Sequence record: NC_028999.1
Strand: one strand, 5' to 3'
Length of the DNA: 64,000 nt
Part shown: piece by piece, positions 63,550 to 64,000 of the stretch
How the letters are laid out: each line of letters opens with the position of its first letter
How positions within the stretch are numbered: the stretch's first letter is position 1
Notes under the pieces: model-generated
Told to the model about the DNA's origin: nothing
Seen by the model: only the letters and a program-made list of their open reading frames with translations
Databases searched by the model: none
Translations under genes and position numbers: made by a program

Positions 63550-64000
63550 TTAAATAGACGAACTCATCAACTTGCTCAAGTCTCTTAGCAAGTTCTTCTT
63601 AATGGTGTCGAAGCCTTCGTTACTCTGCATATCCAGCTCAGTGTCACTATCGATAGCGCCTTTGATCACAGCTATTACTGCACGACAAATCAAGTCAGCA
63701 TCAGTGTCATGCTCGACACTGTGACGCAATTTATGCCAGGTCTGTTGTAACTCTTCTACATATTTGTTAGTACTGAGCAGATTAGTGCGGTCATTCAAAA
63801 CGTCCACATAAACCCTAGCCGCAGATTTAAGACCATCTCGACTGAGAGTAGACAATTCCTGTGTTGGCCGAGCAGGTAGACCATGGAGTTTAAGCTCCAA
63901 GCCTTCGGCCTCTTCAACAGCGTTGGGATTATCTTGCTTGGCCTGTACAATTTTCTTCAGAGGTGCAGTACTAGCATCGAACTTTTTCAGGGTAGCAATG
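63550..64000 (-). CDS. Virion protein, 3' part (gene starts beyond the window; phiKZ gp177-like)
   Basis: Frame stays open from 63550 to the window end (IATLKKFDASTAPLKK...). Confidence 0.55.
   Translation of the reverse strand, partial: IATLKKFDASTAPLKKIVQAKQDNPNAVEEAEGLELKLHGLPARPTQELSTLSRDGLKSAARVYVDVLNDRTNLLSTNKYVEELQQTWHKLRHSVEHDTDADLICRAVIAVIKGAIDSDTELDMQSNEGFDTIKKNLLRDLSKLMSSSI

Overview
This 64 kb window is the morphogenesis, lysis and recombination region of a phiKZ-like (nucleus-forming, Chimalliviridae-type) Pseudomonas jumbo phage. Gene order parallels phiKZ ~gp122-gp177. It resembles what I recall of PhiPA3-type phages, but I cannot verify that identity without a search. Left to right it holds: a non-virion RNAP beta-like subunit, baseplate/virion genes, the portal, a paralogous tail-fibre array, two 2OG-Fe(II)/cupin genes, RuvC, spanins, a KZ144-type endolysin, a 9.7 kb cluster of mosaic collagen/foldon fibre genes, a virion RNAP beta C-terminal subunit, UvsX/RecA, RNase H, inner-head proteins, PAAR and spike, SbcC, small early genes and the prohead protease. 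I saw no tRNA, rRNA, CRISPR array, intron, intein or transposase. The most notable unexplained signals are: (1) two tandem prohead-protease paralogues that lack the catalytic residues (4091-5025); (2) a dispersed family of GC hairpins whose arms are extended by inverted CATA...TATG boxes matching the phiKZ late-promoter motif; (3) a +1 frameshift at a CCT-CCC-CCC run splitting a ~696-aa gene beside the nvRNAP subunit; (4) about seven tandem T4-foldon-like repeats in a beaded collagen fibre; (5) a ribosomal bL12-CTD-like protein; (6) a second spanin-like gene pair far from the lysis genes. All family and phiKZ gp-number assignments come from recognising motifs and synteny by eye, not from database searches. 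Several start codons were moved from the ORF track to ATGs with a ribosome-binding site.
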